Of a DNA stretch of 62,889 nucleotides, positions 1-9,426 are shown piece by piece. Positions within the stretch are counted from its first letter, which is position 1, and every line of letters starts with the position of its first letter. Made by a program: the position numbers and the translations under genes. Origin of the DNA: Candidatus Hodarchaeota archaeon (GTDB lineage Archaea > Asgardarchaeota > Lokiarchaeia > Sigyniarchaeales > SOKP01); NCBI GenBank assembly GCA_048886685.1, contig JBHLKM010000021.1:1-62889 (forward strand). The letters are read 5' to 3'. The notes under the pieces are model-generated. The model made no database searches and had not been told where the DNA came from. It worked only from the letters and a program-made list of their open reading frames with translations.

Positions 1-1
1 G

Positions 2-2104
2 TACATTGATACTCCCGGTGATACTTATGCCAGAGCAGGAGTTTCCATTAATCAATATGAAAAATATGATTATGCTCAATTTTACGTTGAAATTACTACA
101 TTAGATATTGATGAGTTAAATACTTACAGGATTGCGTTTAATCAAACACTCTGGTTAGGTAATGAAGGACTTTCATTATATGATATAGAAGGCTTGATTG
201 GTGCCTATGATGATCAGGCAATAATTGATGCGTTAACTAATGTTTTAGCAGTAGATCCAGGTCATAACAATTTTACGATTGTATTAGGAATATATTTGTA
301 CTGTGAAGACAATAATTCTGGCACGGATCTCGATGATTGGACTGATTTACGGTTTAAATTTCTGAACTTGACTTTTTCTTATGCAAAAAAAATAGACCAA
401 TTTACTTCCGTCTCATGGAATCAAGATGGAGATAAAATCAGCGATATCAGTAATGATACAGTGGTAGTTGATGAAGCAACCCTCAACTTCAAATATAAAA
501 TCAATGACACCTGGCCGATTGCATCACCAAATTCTGAAATTAGGGTTTTAATTAATGATAATCTACATCCTGAAACTGTAAAATTAAGTACCGCCAATAC
601 ATCATTCCAATTTGCGCAATTAGGAGGTTTTGATGTAACTTCTCTAATTATAGATGATGTTAACCTTTCGATACAAGTATATCTTGCTGATGAGTTTAGT
701 TTGGATAAGAATATTAGAATATCAATAGATGATGTTACACTCAACATATCTTATACAATAATCTTTCCTGATATAGGAACCGATTTATACTTATTTTTAG
801 ATAATGTAAATAAAACTGATGACCCTGATATTGATATATTTATGGGTAATTCTCTAAATATTACTGTAAAATATCTAAATTCTACAGGAGCGCATATACC
901 TAATGCTACAGTGCGATTATTAGGAACTTTTATGGGAGACATCGAAGAAGATAAAATATTGAAACAATATACTCTAATTATGAATACAAGTGTTTCTGAT
1001 GCTGGTACACATTTTTTAACAATTACAGCACAAGCAGAAGATCATGAAACAAGGGAAATAATATTTAGAGTAGATATTAATAAATTTGAAAGTAAAAATT
1101 TAGAAGTTCTATTAAATGATCTTAACGTTACTCAGGATCCTTACCTTCAATTAACTGTAAGTGAGACATTAAATATATCAATTAAATATACCAACCTTAT
1201 AGGAACTCATATTTCAGGGGCAAGTGTGCTACTATCATCTGAAACTTACACATCATACTTAAATGAAAGTATTAGTTTAGAGCACTATTCAATAATTATA
1301 AATACAACTGAAAGGTTAAAAAGAGGAACTAATTATTTTACAATTGAAGCTCAATCGTCAACATATCAAACCCAATCAGTAGAGATTACTATCTCTATTA
1401 GAAAGATTAATCTTGAGATTATAACTTTATCTGGTTCGAATACTATAGAGGCTAAGCCTGGGGATGATATTAATTTATACATATTATTAAATAATACTGA
1501 TTTTGGTGGATTTGTGAAAGGGGCCTTTTTAACATATTCGTGGCAAGGGGGAAATGGATTCTTTACTGATGAAAATAATGATGGCATCTACGAAACTACT
1601 ATATCAAATTTTCCTGAGGGTACTTATGCCATAGAATTATCTGGAATTGCGGGAGATGATTATAACATTGAAATTTTTCAAATATTTGTATCAATATCTA
1701 GTGAACATAAGGAAGAAAACATTCTTTTCCCAGTACTGTTTGTAATTTCTCTTATATTAATTTCAGGTTTAGCAATTTATATTTATGCTTATCAAACATA
1801 TTTAAAATTTCCTAAACAAGTGAGAAAAGTCCGAAAATATAAAAAGTCTCTGAAACGGAAATCGGCTCCTAGTATACCTATTATTGGGAGAGAAACGTCC
1901 TTCAAATCTCACTATAATGAAAGTTTAGGTAAATCTACTAGTGACCTAAAATTGAAACGTCATCCTGGAATGGTAATACCTTTGGAACAAAAAATGCCTT
2001 CTGAAAAGTCAATAGAACAAAAAATGGAACCAGATCAATTAACTGAGAAAGCAATTGAGAAAAAGGAAGAATTAGACGATTTAGTTAAGAATTCTTCAAA
2101 ATAA
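2..2104 (+). CDS. Large cell-surface protein (5'-truncated) with tandem Ig-like repeats, a C-terminal TM helix and a basic cytoplasmic tail
   Basis: The frame is open from nt 2, so the track start at 194 is not the true start. Repeated L.L.L..N.T.DP...L.I..KY.N..G.HI..A.V.L units; TM ILFPVLFVISLILISGLAIYIYAY; K-rich tail. Confidence 0.75.
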   Translation, partial: YIDTPGDTYARAGVSINQYEKYDYAQFYVEITTLDIDELNTYRIAFNQTLWLGNEGLSLYDIEGLIGAYDDQAIIDALTNVLAVDPGHNNFTIVLGIYLYCEDNNSGTDLDDWTDLRFKFLNLTFSYAKKIDQFTSVSWNQDGDKISDISNDTVVVDEATLNFKYKINDTWPIASPNSEIRVLINDNLHPETVKLSTANTSFQFAQLGGFDVTSLIIDDVNLSIQVYLADEFSLDKNIRISIDDVTLNISYTIIFPDIGTDLYLFLDNVNKTDDPDIDIFMGNSLNITVKYLNSTGAHIPNATVRLLGTFMGDIEEDKILKQYTLIMNTSVSDAGTHFLTITAQAEDHETREIIFRVDINKFESKNLEVLLNDLNVTQDPYLQLTVSETLNISIKYTNLIGTHISGASVLLSSETYTSYLNESISLEHYSIIINTTERLKRGTNYFTIEAQSSTYQTQSVEITISIRKINLEIITLSGSNTIEAKPGDDINLYILLNNTDFGGFVKGAFLTYSWQGGNGFFTDENNDGIYETTISNFPEGTYAIELSGIAGDDYNIEIFQIFVSISSEHKEENILFPVLFVISLILISGLAIYIYAYQTYLKFPKQVRKVRKYKKSLKRKSAPSIPIIGRETSFKSHYNESLGKSTSDLKLKRHPGMVIPLEQKMPSEKSIEQKMEPDQLTEKAIEKKEELDDLVKNSSK

Positions 2105-2118
2105 GCAAAGATTTAATA

Positions 2119-2142
2119 CTTTTTTTTTTTTACTTTTTATTT
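2119..2142. terminator. Oligo-T tract between convergent genes
   Basis: Long T run just downstream of the + strand stop at 2104, typical of archaeal termination. Confidence 0.5.
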
Positions 2143-2690
2143 CAATTTTTCAAGCAAGCTAAGACTATAGCATCATGATACATCCCATGAAAATTTAAGT
2201 ATCCTTCTAATATACCTTCCCGTTTAAATCCACATTTCTCAAAAAGATTAATGGATTTTTGATTATCAATTGCTATATGTGCTTCAAGACGGTTTAGTTT
2301 TAGATGATTAAATGCGATAATTTTTATTAGGTTTAAAGCTTTTTTACCATATCCCTTATTCCAGTTTAATCGATTTATCCAAATTCCAACTTCAGCTCTA
2401 TTATGCCTCCAATTTATATTCCAAAGACTAATAGAACCAATTCTTGACGTAGGGGGTTCTTTTAATTCTATTATATAATTATATTGAGCATATTGTTCCC
2501 AATATTTTATGTATCTTCTTACTAATCTTTTAGATTCTTCTAAAGTGTTTAAGGGTCCTAAAGATAAATAAGTTATTAGATCTTTTTTACTTAAGTTATC
2601 AAAGAAAAACTCTGCATCATCTTTCGTTATCTTTTTAAGATAGATTTTGCCATCATTAATTTCATCAATAACTTCAATTTCAGAAATCAT
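2142..2690 (-). CDS. GNAT N-acetyltransferase, RimJ/RimL family
   Basis: AEVGIWI..NWNKGYG, LNRLEA, N.KS..LFEKCGFKREG motifs. Confidence 0.9.
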   Translation of the reverse strand: MISEIEVIDEINDGKIYLKKITKDDAEFFFDNLSKKDLITYLSLGPLNTLEESKRLVRRYIKYWEQYAQYNYIIELKEPPTSRIGSISLWNINWRHNRAEVGIWINRLNWNKGYGKKALNLIKIIAFNHLKLNRLEAHIAIDNQKSINLFEKCGFKREGILEGYLNFHGMYHDAIVLACLKN

Positions 2691-2771
2691 TTTCCAAATC
2701 TATAATTGTTTATATCTGATCTTATGGAAGATCTATATTAATATATAAAAAAAAATATAGAAAAATAAAAA

Positions 2772-3611
2772 TTACATTCCACCAGTGAATTTTGGTTCTC
2801 GCTTTTGTAGAAATGACGAAATTCCTTCGTTAACATCTTTCGATGCAGAGTTTATCCCGAATCCAAGCATCTCAAGCGTATTTCCTACATTTAAAGCAGC
2901 TTGTGACCCAAATTTTACTGCTTTCTTGATACAGAACAAAGCCGTTGTAGGATAATGTCCCAAAAATGATGCTTTTTCATGTATAAGATTTTCAAACTCA
3001 TCTCCATCGTTACATAGGAAACTAACATAACCCCATTCATGCATAGTCTCAGCTGATTCACGATCACCGAAATAACACATTTTCAAAGCTCTTGCTAACC
3101 CTATATGCCTAACCATTCTCTGAGTACCACCATTTCCCGGAAAAATTCCTCGTGCTATTTCAGGAAAACCGAAAGAAGATCTTCTCGTAGCAATTATAAT
3201 ATCACAAACAAGGGATAATTCACATCCACCTCCAAAAGCATAACCATCTACCGCAGCAATTACAGGTTTTGGAAATTCTTCAATTAAAGTGTAATATCTA
3301 TGTTTTTGTTGCATAGCTAAAACCATATGAGCAGGGATATTTGACTTCAATCCTTTTCCCATACCAGCAGCTAAATCCGCACCCGAAGAAAAAGCAGCCT
3401 TTTTTGTAATATTTTTAGTACCTCTAAGAACTATACATCTGATGTTACTATCAGTTTCAAATTGTTCCATGGCTTCGTAGATCTCTCTCAGCGTGTCAGT
3501 CGTAAGAGCATTTAATTTGTCTGGTCTATTTATAGAAATAACAACATAATTCCCTTCTTCATTCTTTTCTACTAAAACATCTTTAAATTCTTTTTCTGAC
3601 ATTTTTTTCAA
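2772..3611 (-). CDS. Enoyl-CoA hydratase/isomerase
   Basis: NRPDKLNAL, FSSGADL, AFGGGCEL, FPEI (both catalytic Glu present). Confidence 0.92.
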   Translation of the reverse strand: MKKMSEKEFKDVLVEKNEEGNYVVISINRPDKLNALTTDTLREIYEAMEQFETDSNIRCIVLRGTKNITKKAAFSSGADLAAGMGKGLKSNIPAHMVLAMQQKHRYYTLIEEFPKPVIAAVDGYAFGGGCELSLVCDIIIATRRSSFGFPEIARGIFPGNGGTQRMVRHIGLARALKMCYFGDRESAETMHEWGYVSFLCNDGDEFENLIHEKASFLGHYPTTALFCIKKAVKFGSQAALNVGNTLEMLGFGINSASKDVNEGISSFLQKREPKFTGGM

Positions 3612-3787
3612 CTTTAATTATGTTAAACTTCTTTTTTTCTATTATTTAATGTTAAACTATGTTTTTTATAGATAATTAGTAATATTTTTTCTAAAATTAA
3701 AAATTTTCAAATCAGACCTAATAGATCGTATTGTCTGAAATTATTAAAAGAAAAAAAGGAATAAAAAAAAACTAGTAGATTATAAGT

Positions 3788-4960
3788 CTACTTCATATCT
3801 ACCCATTTTCCTGACTTTAGCATTTCACAAGGTTTGAAATATTCTTTACCAGTTAATTCAACAAGTTCTTCTAATACTTCTACTTGTTTTGACCATGTAT
3901 TCACATTTGCAGCCATAGGACCCGGCATATTCATTCCTGCCATTAAAGTGTCATCTATTACTTTCCAGCTGGTTGTAATTCCTTCTTCTAAAACGCGACA
4001 AGCTTCGTTTAACATGATTGCCAGTGGATACTTCAATTTATACAGTCTTGCTTTTCCAGCGGTTTTATCAGGTTCAGGTCTACCTTTAGTCCAATCTCGA
4101 AAACCCTGCCCAGTTTTAGCTCCTAGTTTTCCTTCGTTAAATAATCTAGTTACAACTTTACCGGGAGCAAAATCGGGAGAAAGAGTTTGAGAGTAATACA
4201 TCTGTCCATGGTATAATACATCAATTCCCACATAGTCAGCTAAAACTGTCACAGACATAGGACCTCCTCGAGAATCATTGTCAAGCTGATCCCAAGTAAA
4301 TCCTTCTGCCTCAGCTTTATCAAATACATAATTTTGATAAATTTGAGCTGGGGCGGTAACTCGATTGCATATAAATCCAGGTCTATCTTTTAATACTTTA
4401 GGAACATATCTTTTTCCTCTAAGACAAGGTATACTTTCAGCAAATTCAATTCCTTTATCCACACTCTCATCAGAAGAATGATCGCTATATATTACTTCTA
4501 TTAAACGCATGAGTGGTACTGGATTAAAAAAGTGCATTCCTATGCATTTATCTGGTCTTCCTGAATCTTCTCCAATTTCGGTAATACTCATGGTTGATGT
4601 ATTTGAGGCAAGAATGCAATGAGAGGGAGAATTCTCACCAGCAGTTTTGAAGACTTCTTTTTTAACATCCATTTTTTCCACTACTGCTTCAATCATAATA
4701 TCTGCATCCTTAACTGCACTTGCTAAATCTATTGATTTTTTACAATTTGCCATCAAATTTGCTGCTGTAGCACCTTCAGGTAAACTACCTTTTGTCTCTA
4801 ATTTTTTCATTCCCTCCTCAATTTTACTCCACCCTTTATTTACGAACTCATCGTTTATATCTACAAGTGTAACATTATAACCGGCAAGTAGAGACATTTG
4901 GGCAATTCCATGACCCATTTGGCCAGCACCAACAACTACTACATTTTTTATATCTACCAT
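3788..4960 (-). CDS. 3-hydroxyacyl-CoA dehydrogenase
   Basis: GAGQMGHGIA, EAVVE, ASNTST, GMHFFNPV; duplicated C-terminal domain. Confidence 0.93.
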   Translation of the reverse strand: MVDIKNVVVVGAGQMGHGIAQMSLLAGYNVTLVDINDEFVNKGWSKIEEGMKKLETKGSLPEGATAANLMANCKKSIDLASAVKDADIMIEAVVEKMDVKKEVFKTAGENSPSHCILASNTSTMSITEIGEDSGRPDKCIGMHFFNPVPLMRLIEVIYSDHSSDESVDKGIEFAESIPCLRGKRYVPKVLKDRPGFICNRVTAPAQIYQNYVFDKAEAEGFTWDQLDNDSRGGPMSVTVLADYVGIDVLYHGQMYYSQTLSPDFAPGKVVTRLFNEGKLGAKTGQGFRDWTKGRPEPDKTAGKARLYKLKYPLAIMLNEACRVLEEGITTSWKVIDDTLMAGMNMPGPMAANVNTWSKQVEVLEELVELTGKEYFKPCEMLKSGKWVDMK

Positions 4961-5351
4961 ATTTGTTTCTCAACTTTTTTTGAGTTTAAAATTAGATTTT
5001 TTAATGATAAAGGTAATTTTTATAATATTTTATTTTTTTTTAATTTTTGATATTCGATGTTTTAAAAAATAATCCTCTGTGATGCAAAAGTTTATTTAAT
5101 ATTATCAATTTCAAGATCTTCTGTTATATAATTCCATAAAATCCAAATTAAAATGTCTTAAATTACAATTTTTGAGGTTGAATTACCCCATATTCTTATT
5201 GTAAGGAAAAAAACAATAATAAGATTATTGGGTTCATAGGAGAAAAAGAGTTGATCTCTACTATGAGTTTAAGTATTCAAAATTCTTAATTAATTCTATT
5301 TTATAATTTATATAATTTGTAAGAGATGCATTATTAGAATTTATATTCTTT

Positions 5352-5879
5352 TTAAATGTAAAAATTAAGCTCTTCAACACATACATCTTTTTCAGAATCA
5401 TTTTCAAGAAAGTTTATTTCGATTTTTTTTACTTTACTCCCTATTAGTTTTTGGAATGCAGTTTCAAAATACCCCTTGTTAATTCGACAAAAAGCTTTAC
5501 CAAATTGTAATTTTTCTCTATGTTTAATTGGTTCACGTAAGAAACAATGATTTTCGATAATAATTCTATATCTATCACCGTATTGCTCAATATCTCTAAC
5601 TTGGATTGAATAATATTCTTTTAATTCATCCATTAAGATAACTAATGCCTCCATAATTTCAAATTCTTCCTTCTGATACTCCTTTTTTATTCGATCTGCA
5701 ATGATTGTTCCTGGAAACACCCCAGTTTGATATAAAATTGATAGTAAACTATTACGACCAAATACATCATATACCTTATAGACTAAAGATTCAGTTATGA
5801 TTTCAAAACCCTTCACAGAATTGATATTTTCTACTGGATTTTTAATTCTCTCATTTAATTCTTTTTTATATTCGTCCAA
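5352..5879 (-). CDS. V4R-fold (Bet3/methanogen output domain-like) protein
   Basis: G..IA helix, then CFL...FC.I.KGYFE...C spacing typical of V4R. Confidence 0.6.
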   Translation of the reverse strand: MDEYKKELNERIKNPVENINSVKGFEIITESLVYKVYDVFGRNSLLSILYQTGVFPGTIIADRIKKEYQKEEFEIMEALVILMDELKEYYSIQVRDIEQYGDRYRIIIENHCFLREPIKHREKLQFGKAFCRINKGYFETAFQKLIGSKVKKIEINFLENDSEKDVCVEELNFYI

Positions 5880-6095
5880 TATAAATTTCCCCTAAATTCA
5901 AAAAGTCATTCGAAAACTCATTATTTCTTAATAAATAATAATAGCTCTTGATCTATTTAAAACTTAATTTTAACACTAGTTTGTTAGTGAGATAAGAACA
6001 AAGTTATTAAAAAAGATTTTAGTAGATTTAGTAAATGTAATTTTTCCCTAAAATAAGATGAATTTTAGATAGTTTTAGATTTAAAAAAAAAAATA

Positions 6096-6854
6096 TTAAA
6101 AAATTGCGGTTTTTTTTTGAAATAAAAGAATACCAATTAGCATTAAAACTAATCCCCATATAACGACTAATATCAAATTTAATCCAACTACGTCAAATGC
6201 TATACTACCATCAAGCATTACAGCAATTAGTGCATCTCGTGCTAATGATGTAGGTATAAAATCTATAATTGGTTCACCAGTTAATCCACCTAAAAACTGA
6301 AGTGGTAATATAATGAACCATGCTAAACCAGCAGCAGATCCAGCAGTTTTTACCACAGAAGCAAGCAATAAACCAAATCCAAGTGATACAAATGCAACCA
6401 AAAATGGGATGAAGAATAATAAGAAAATATTTGCATTAGAATCAATATACGCTCCGAACAATATACTAAGAATGAGCATAATAATAATTTGAACTGCTGC
6501 TACAAATAATTGTGAAATCATACCTGAGAATAAGATTGTAGAACGTGAGATTGGTGTAGTTATCAGACGTTGTAATGTTCCCGATTGCTTTTCATCAGCG
6601 AAATGATTTGCTAATTGTGAGATCAAAACAATTGGAGCTAATATTATAATACCGGGTCCATACAGTTCAAATGGTGTAAATGATGTTCCTTCCACAGGAT
6701 CTTCTCCATATGCAAATCTTAATAAAAGCATGAAAACTAGAGGATATCCAAGAATCCAAATTAGCTGAAATTTATCGCGAACCATTGATTTGAAATTTTT
6801 AATTGTTAAATACCAAACCTGCTTAGTAATCTTGGGTTCTGTTCTTAGCTCCAT
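6096..6854 (-). CDS. ABC-2 type transporter permease
   Basis: Six TM segments, EKQSGTLQRLITTP motif; overlaps the ATPase stop codon. Confidence 0.9.
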   Translation of the reverse strand: MELRTEPKITKQVWYLTIKNFKSMVRDKFQLIWILGYPLVFMLLLRFAYGEDPVEGTSFTPFELYGPGIIILAPIVLISQLANHFADEKQSGTLQRLITTPISRSTILFSGMISQLFVAAVQIIIMLILSILFGAYIDSNANIFLLFFIPFLVAFVSLGFGLLLASVVKTAGSAAGLAWFIILPLQFLGGLTGEPIIDFIPTSLARDALIAVMLDGSIAFDVVGLNLILVVIWGLVLMLIGILLFQKKTAIF

Positions 6855-7804
6855 TAATCTCTCAACCTCCTTCCAGTTAAATCAATAAATACATCCTCTA
6901 AAGTATTTTTGCGAACAGAAATATCTTCCATTTTTACCTTGATTGTATCCATAATTTCAGAAACACGTCTTAATCCATCAAGGGCATTCAGCACTATTCT
7001 ATGTTTTCCAACTGATTTTCCCCATTGAACAAAATCTAAGTTAGTGGCTAGTTCAATAATCTCATCTCTTTGATCAATCTCTCTAACCTTAAATTCTAAA
7101 ATATCTCCCTCTCCTAATTTCCCTTTCAATTCATCAGGAGTACCTTGAGCAATAATTTTTCCATAATCAATTATAACTAATTCATCTGAAAGATCATCTG
7201 CTTCTTCCATATTGTGTGTAGTTAAAATAATAGTAGATTCTTTTTCTTGAAAATCCCGTATAAAATCCCATACGACTCTTCGCGACTGAGGATCAAGACC
7301 TGCTGTAGGTTCATCAAAAAATAATAATTCTGGTTCATGAATAACTGCCATTAATACATTAATTCTCCGTTTCATTCCTCCAGAAAAATTTTTGACTAAA
7401 TCATTAGAACGATCAATCAAATTCATTTTTCCCAACAAGTCATCTGTTTTTTCTTTATAATCTTGTTTTGCCATCCCATGCATTTGAGCAATTAGATGAA
7501 TATTTTCCTTCGCTGTTAAACGTGGGTAAAGCACAAGCTCCTGTGGACATACCCCAATACGTCTTTGTATCTCCCGAGCTTCTTTTGTTATATCAAATCC
7601 TAAAACTGAGGCATCTCCACTTGTGGGAGGTAATACAGTTGACAACATCCTTATTGTTGTTGTCTTACCTGCCCCATTAGGTCCAAGAACTCCAAATAAT
7701 GTACCCTTTGGTATTTGTAAGTCTATCCCATCAACAGCATGAATATCGCCAAAATATTTTTTTAAATTATTTGTTTTAATTGCTAAATCCATTAGAATTA
7801 CCAA
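6854..7804 (-). CDS. ABC transporter ATP-binding protein (DrrA/NodI-like)
   Basis: GPNGAGKTT, FSGGM, DEPTAGLDP, C-terminal TLEDVF. Confidence 0.95.
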   Translation of the reverse strand: MVILMDLAIKTNNLKKYFGDIHAVDGIDLQIPKGTLFGVLGPNGAGKTTTIRMLSTVLPPTSGDASVLGFDITKEAREIQRRIGVCPQELVLYPRLTAKENIHLIAQMHGMAKQDYKEKTDDLLGKMNLIDRSNDLVKNFSGGMKRRINVLMAVIHEPELLFFDEPTAGLDPQSRRVVWDFIRDFQEKESTIILTTHNMEEADDLSDELVIIDYGKIIAQGTPDELKGKLGEGDILEFKVREIDQRDEIIELATNLDFVQWGKSVGKHRIVLNALDGLRRVSEIMDTIKVKMEDISVRKNTLEDVFIDLTGRRLRD

Positions 7805-7887
7805 AATATTTTTAAATTGGATAATGCATGATTTGATTTGTTTTTATATAAATGTTTTTGATATATTTTATCTGATTGCTATTATAG

Positions 7888-8370
7888 TTAAATGCAATCA
7901 TTATACGCTTGAATTTTTTTTATTGCTTTTTTAACATTTTCATCAATGATCTTAAGGACTTTTCTATAAGTTTCAGGTGAAGTATAATATGGATCAAGGA
8001 TATCAAAATTTTGAGTTTCTCCATTAAATTCTCTTAAAGTATAGATCTTATTTTCGATATCTGCAATATATCTATAAGTGCTTATAATCTCGAGTGAATG
8101 AGATTTTTCCATGGTCAATATTAAATCTTGGCTTTGTAATAAAGAACGAGTAATTAGTTGAGGTTGAAAATCTGAATGGTTAATGTTTTTTGAATTTAAA
8201 TATTCTTGAGACTCTTTTTGCATGTATGAAAATGCGTTTATGAATCCTGCACTACGAAAAATTAGATCTGCATTATTCTTTTCTGCGTAATATCGAGCCA
8301 GGTATTCTGCTGCGGGAGATCTTGCGGTATTTCCTAAACATATAAAAAGAACTCGCTTAACTTTATGCAC
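7888..8370 (-). CDS. Low molecular weight protein-tyrosine phosphatase family protein
   Basis: CLGNTARS P-loop, SAG, DPYY. Confidence 0.9.
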   Translation of the reverse strand: MHKVKRVLFICLGNTARSPAAEYLARYYAEKNNADLIFRSAGFINAFSYMQKESQEYLNSKNINHSDFQPQLITRSLLQSQDLILTMEKSHSLEIISTYRYIADIENKIYTLREFNGETQNFDILDPYYTSPETYRKVLKIIDENVKKAIKKIQAYNDCI

Positions 8371-8493
8371 GGTACATCAATTTTACTATAAATTTAGAAT
8401 TTAAATAAAATTTATGGATAAATGATGACAAAAATATTAAATAAAAGGTATTTCTAAAAAGTATTAGCGCGAAAATAATAATGGAATCTAATT

Positions 8494-8610
8494 ATGAAAA
8501 GAGAATCTATGCAACAGTGGTTTAGTAGGGTATTTATTCGAAAATCTTTTCAAGGAAATGTTAACCGTTTTGTCCCAACAAAATATCTTGTTAAAAAATG
8601 TTTTAGTTAA
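8494..8610 (+). CDS. Possible 38-aa basic small protein
   Basis: ATG..TAA reading MKRESMQQWFSRVFIRKSFQGNVNRFVPTKYLVKKCFS in the gap between the two PTP genes. Confidence 0.3.
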   Translation: MKRESMQQWFSRVFIRKSFQGNVNRFVPTKYLVKKCFS

Positions 8611-8639
8611 AAATCAATACAACTCGCTGATTAATAGGA

Positions 8640-9134
8640 TTAGGAATTATTAATTTCAATAATTCTTTTAATAGCTTTTTTTACACCCTCTTCAATTCGT
8701 TCAAGAATTTTATTGTATTCTTCTCCTTCAAGGTGAAAAGGATCAAAAATTTCTACGTTCTCTCTTTCACCAGCAAATTCTAATAACAAAAAAAGTCGTT
8801 CATTTAGATTTTTAACGGGTTTAAATTTTCTTTTTAATTTATTAATATGATGTTTTTGTTCAAATCCTAAAATAAGATCTTGACGTTCTAATAATCCTTC
8901 ATCTATTTTTTTTGTTTTAAAATTACTTATATCAACGCCTTTAGATTTTAAATAATTTACAGTTCCTGGTTGAGCAGTTTTATAATAATGATAGATTCCT
9001 GCTGAATCAAATTTCACATCTTTTAATTCTACTTTAAATTGGGTATCTTTTAGAAAATTGGAGAAAGCTTCAGCAAATGGGCTTCTACAAGTATTACCAG
9101 CACAATAATAGAGAACTCGTCTTATTTTTGGCAT
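8640..9134 (-). CDS. Low molecular weight protein-tyrosine phosphatase family protein
   Basis: CAGNTCRS P-loop, DSAG, DPF. Confidence 0.9.
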   Translation of the reverse strand: MPKIRRVLYYCAGNTCRSPFAEAFSNFLKDTQFKVELKDVKFDSAGIYHYYKTAQPGTVNYLKSKGVDISNFKTKKIDEGLLERQDLILGFEQKHHINKLKRKFKPVKNLNERLFLLLEFAGERENVEIFDPFHLEGEEYNKILERIEEGVKKAIKRIIEINNS

Positions 9135-9426
9135 TTTTTTTTCTGATTAACTTTTTTATATTGGTAAAAATTAACATAACTTTATTATGAATATGTATTG
9201 AGGAATAAAACAAAAATCTTCAGTTAAATGAAATTTAATATACAAATATAATTCAACAGAAAATTGATGAGTTATATAGAAAAGTTGAAAAATAGATCTA
9301 TTCCTATTTCTTGGTTTTTGTAGGAAAAGATGATTTTCTTAGTTCTAATAGCAATAAAATTTTAATTTAATTAATGGTAATAAAAAATAACTTTCAATTA
9401 TATTATCGAAAAAACATAATTTTCTA

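Noticed and set aside
421-1587. Minus-strand ORFs inside the first gene
   Set aside because: Antisense shadows with no motifs.
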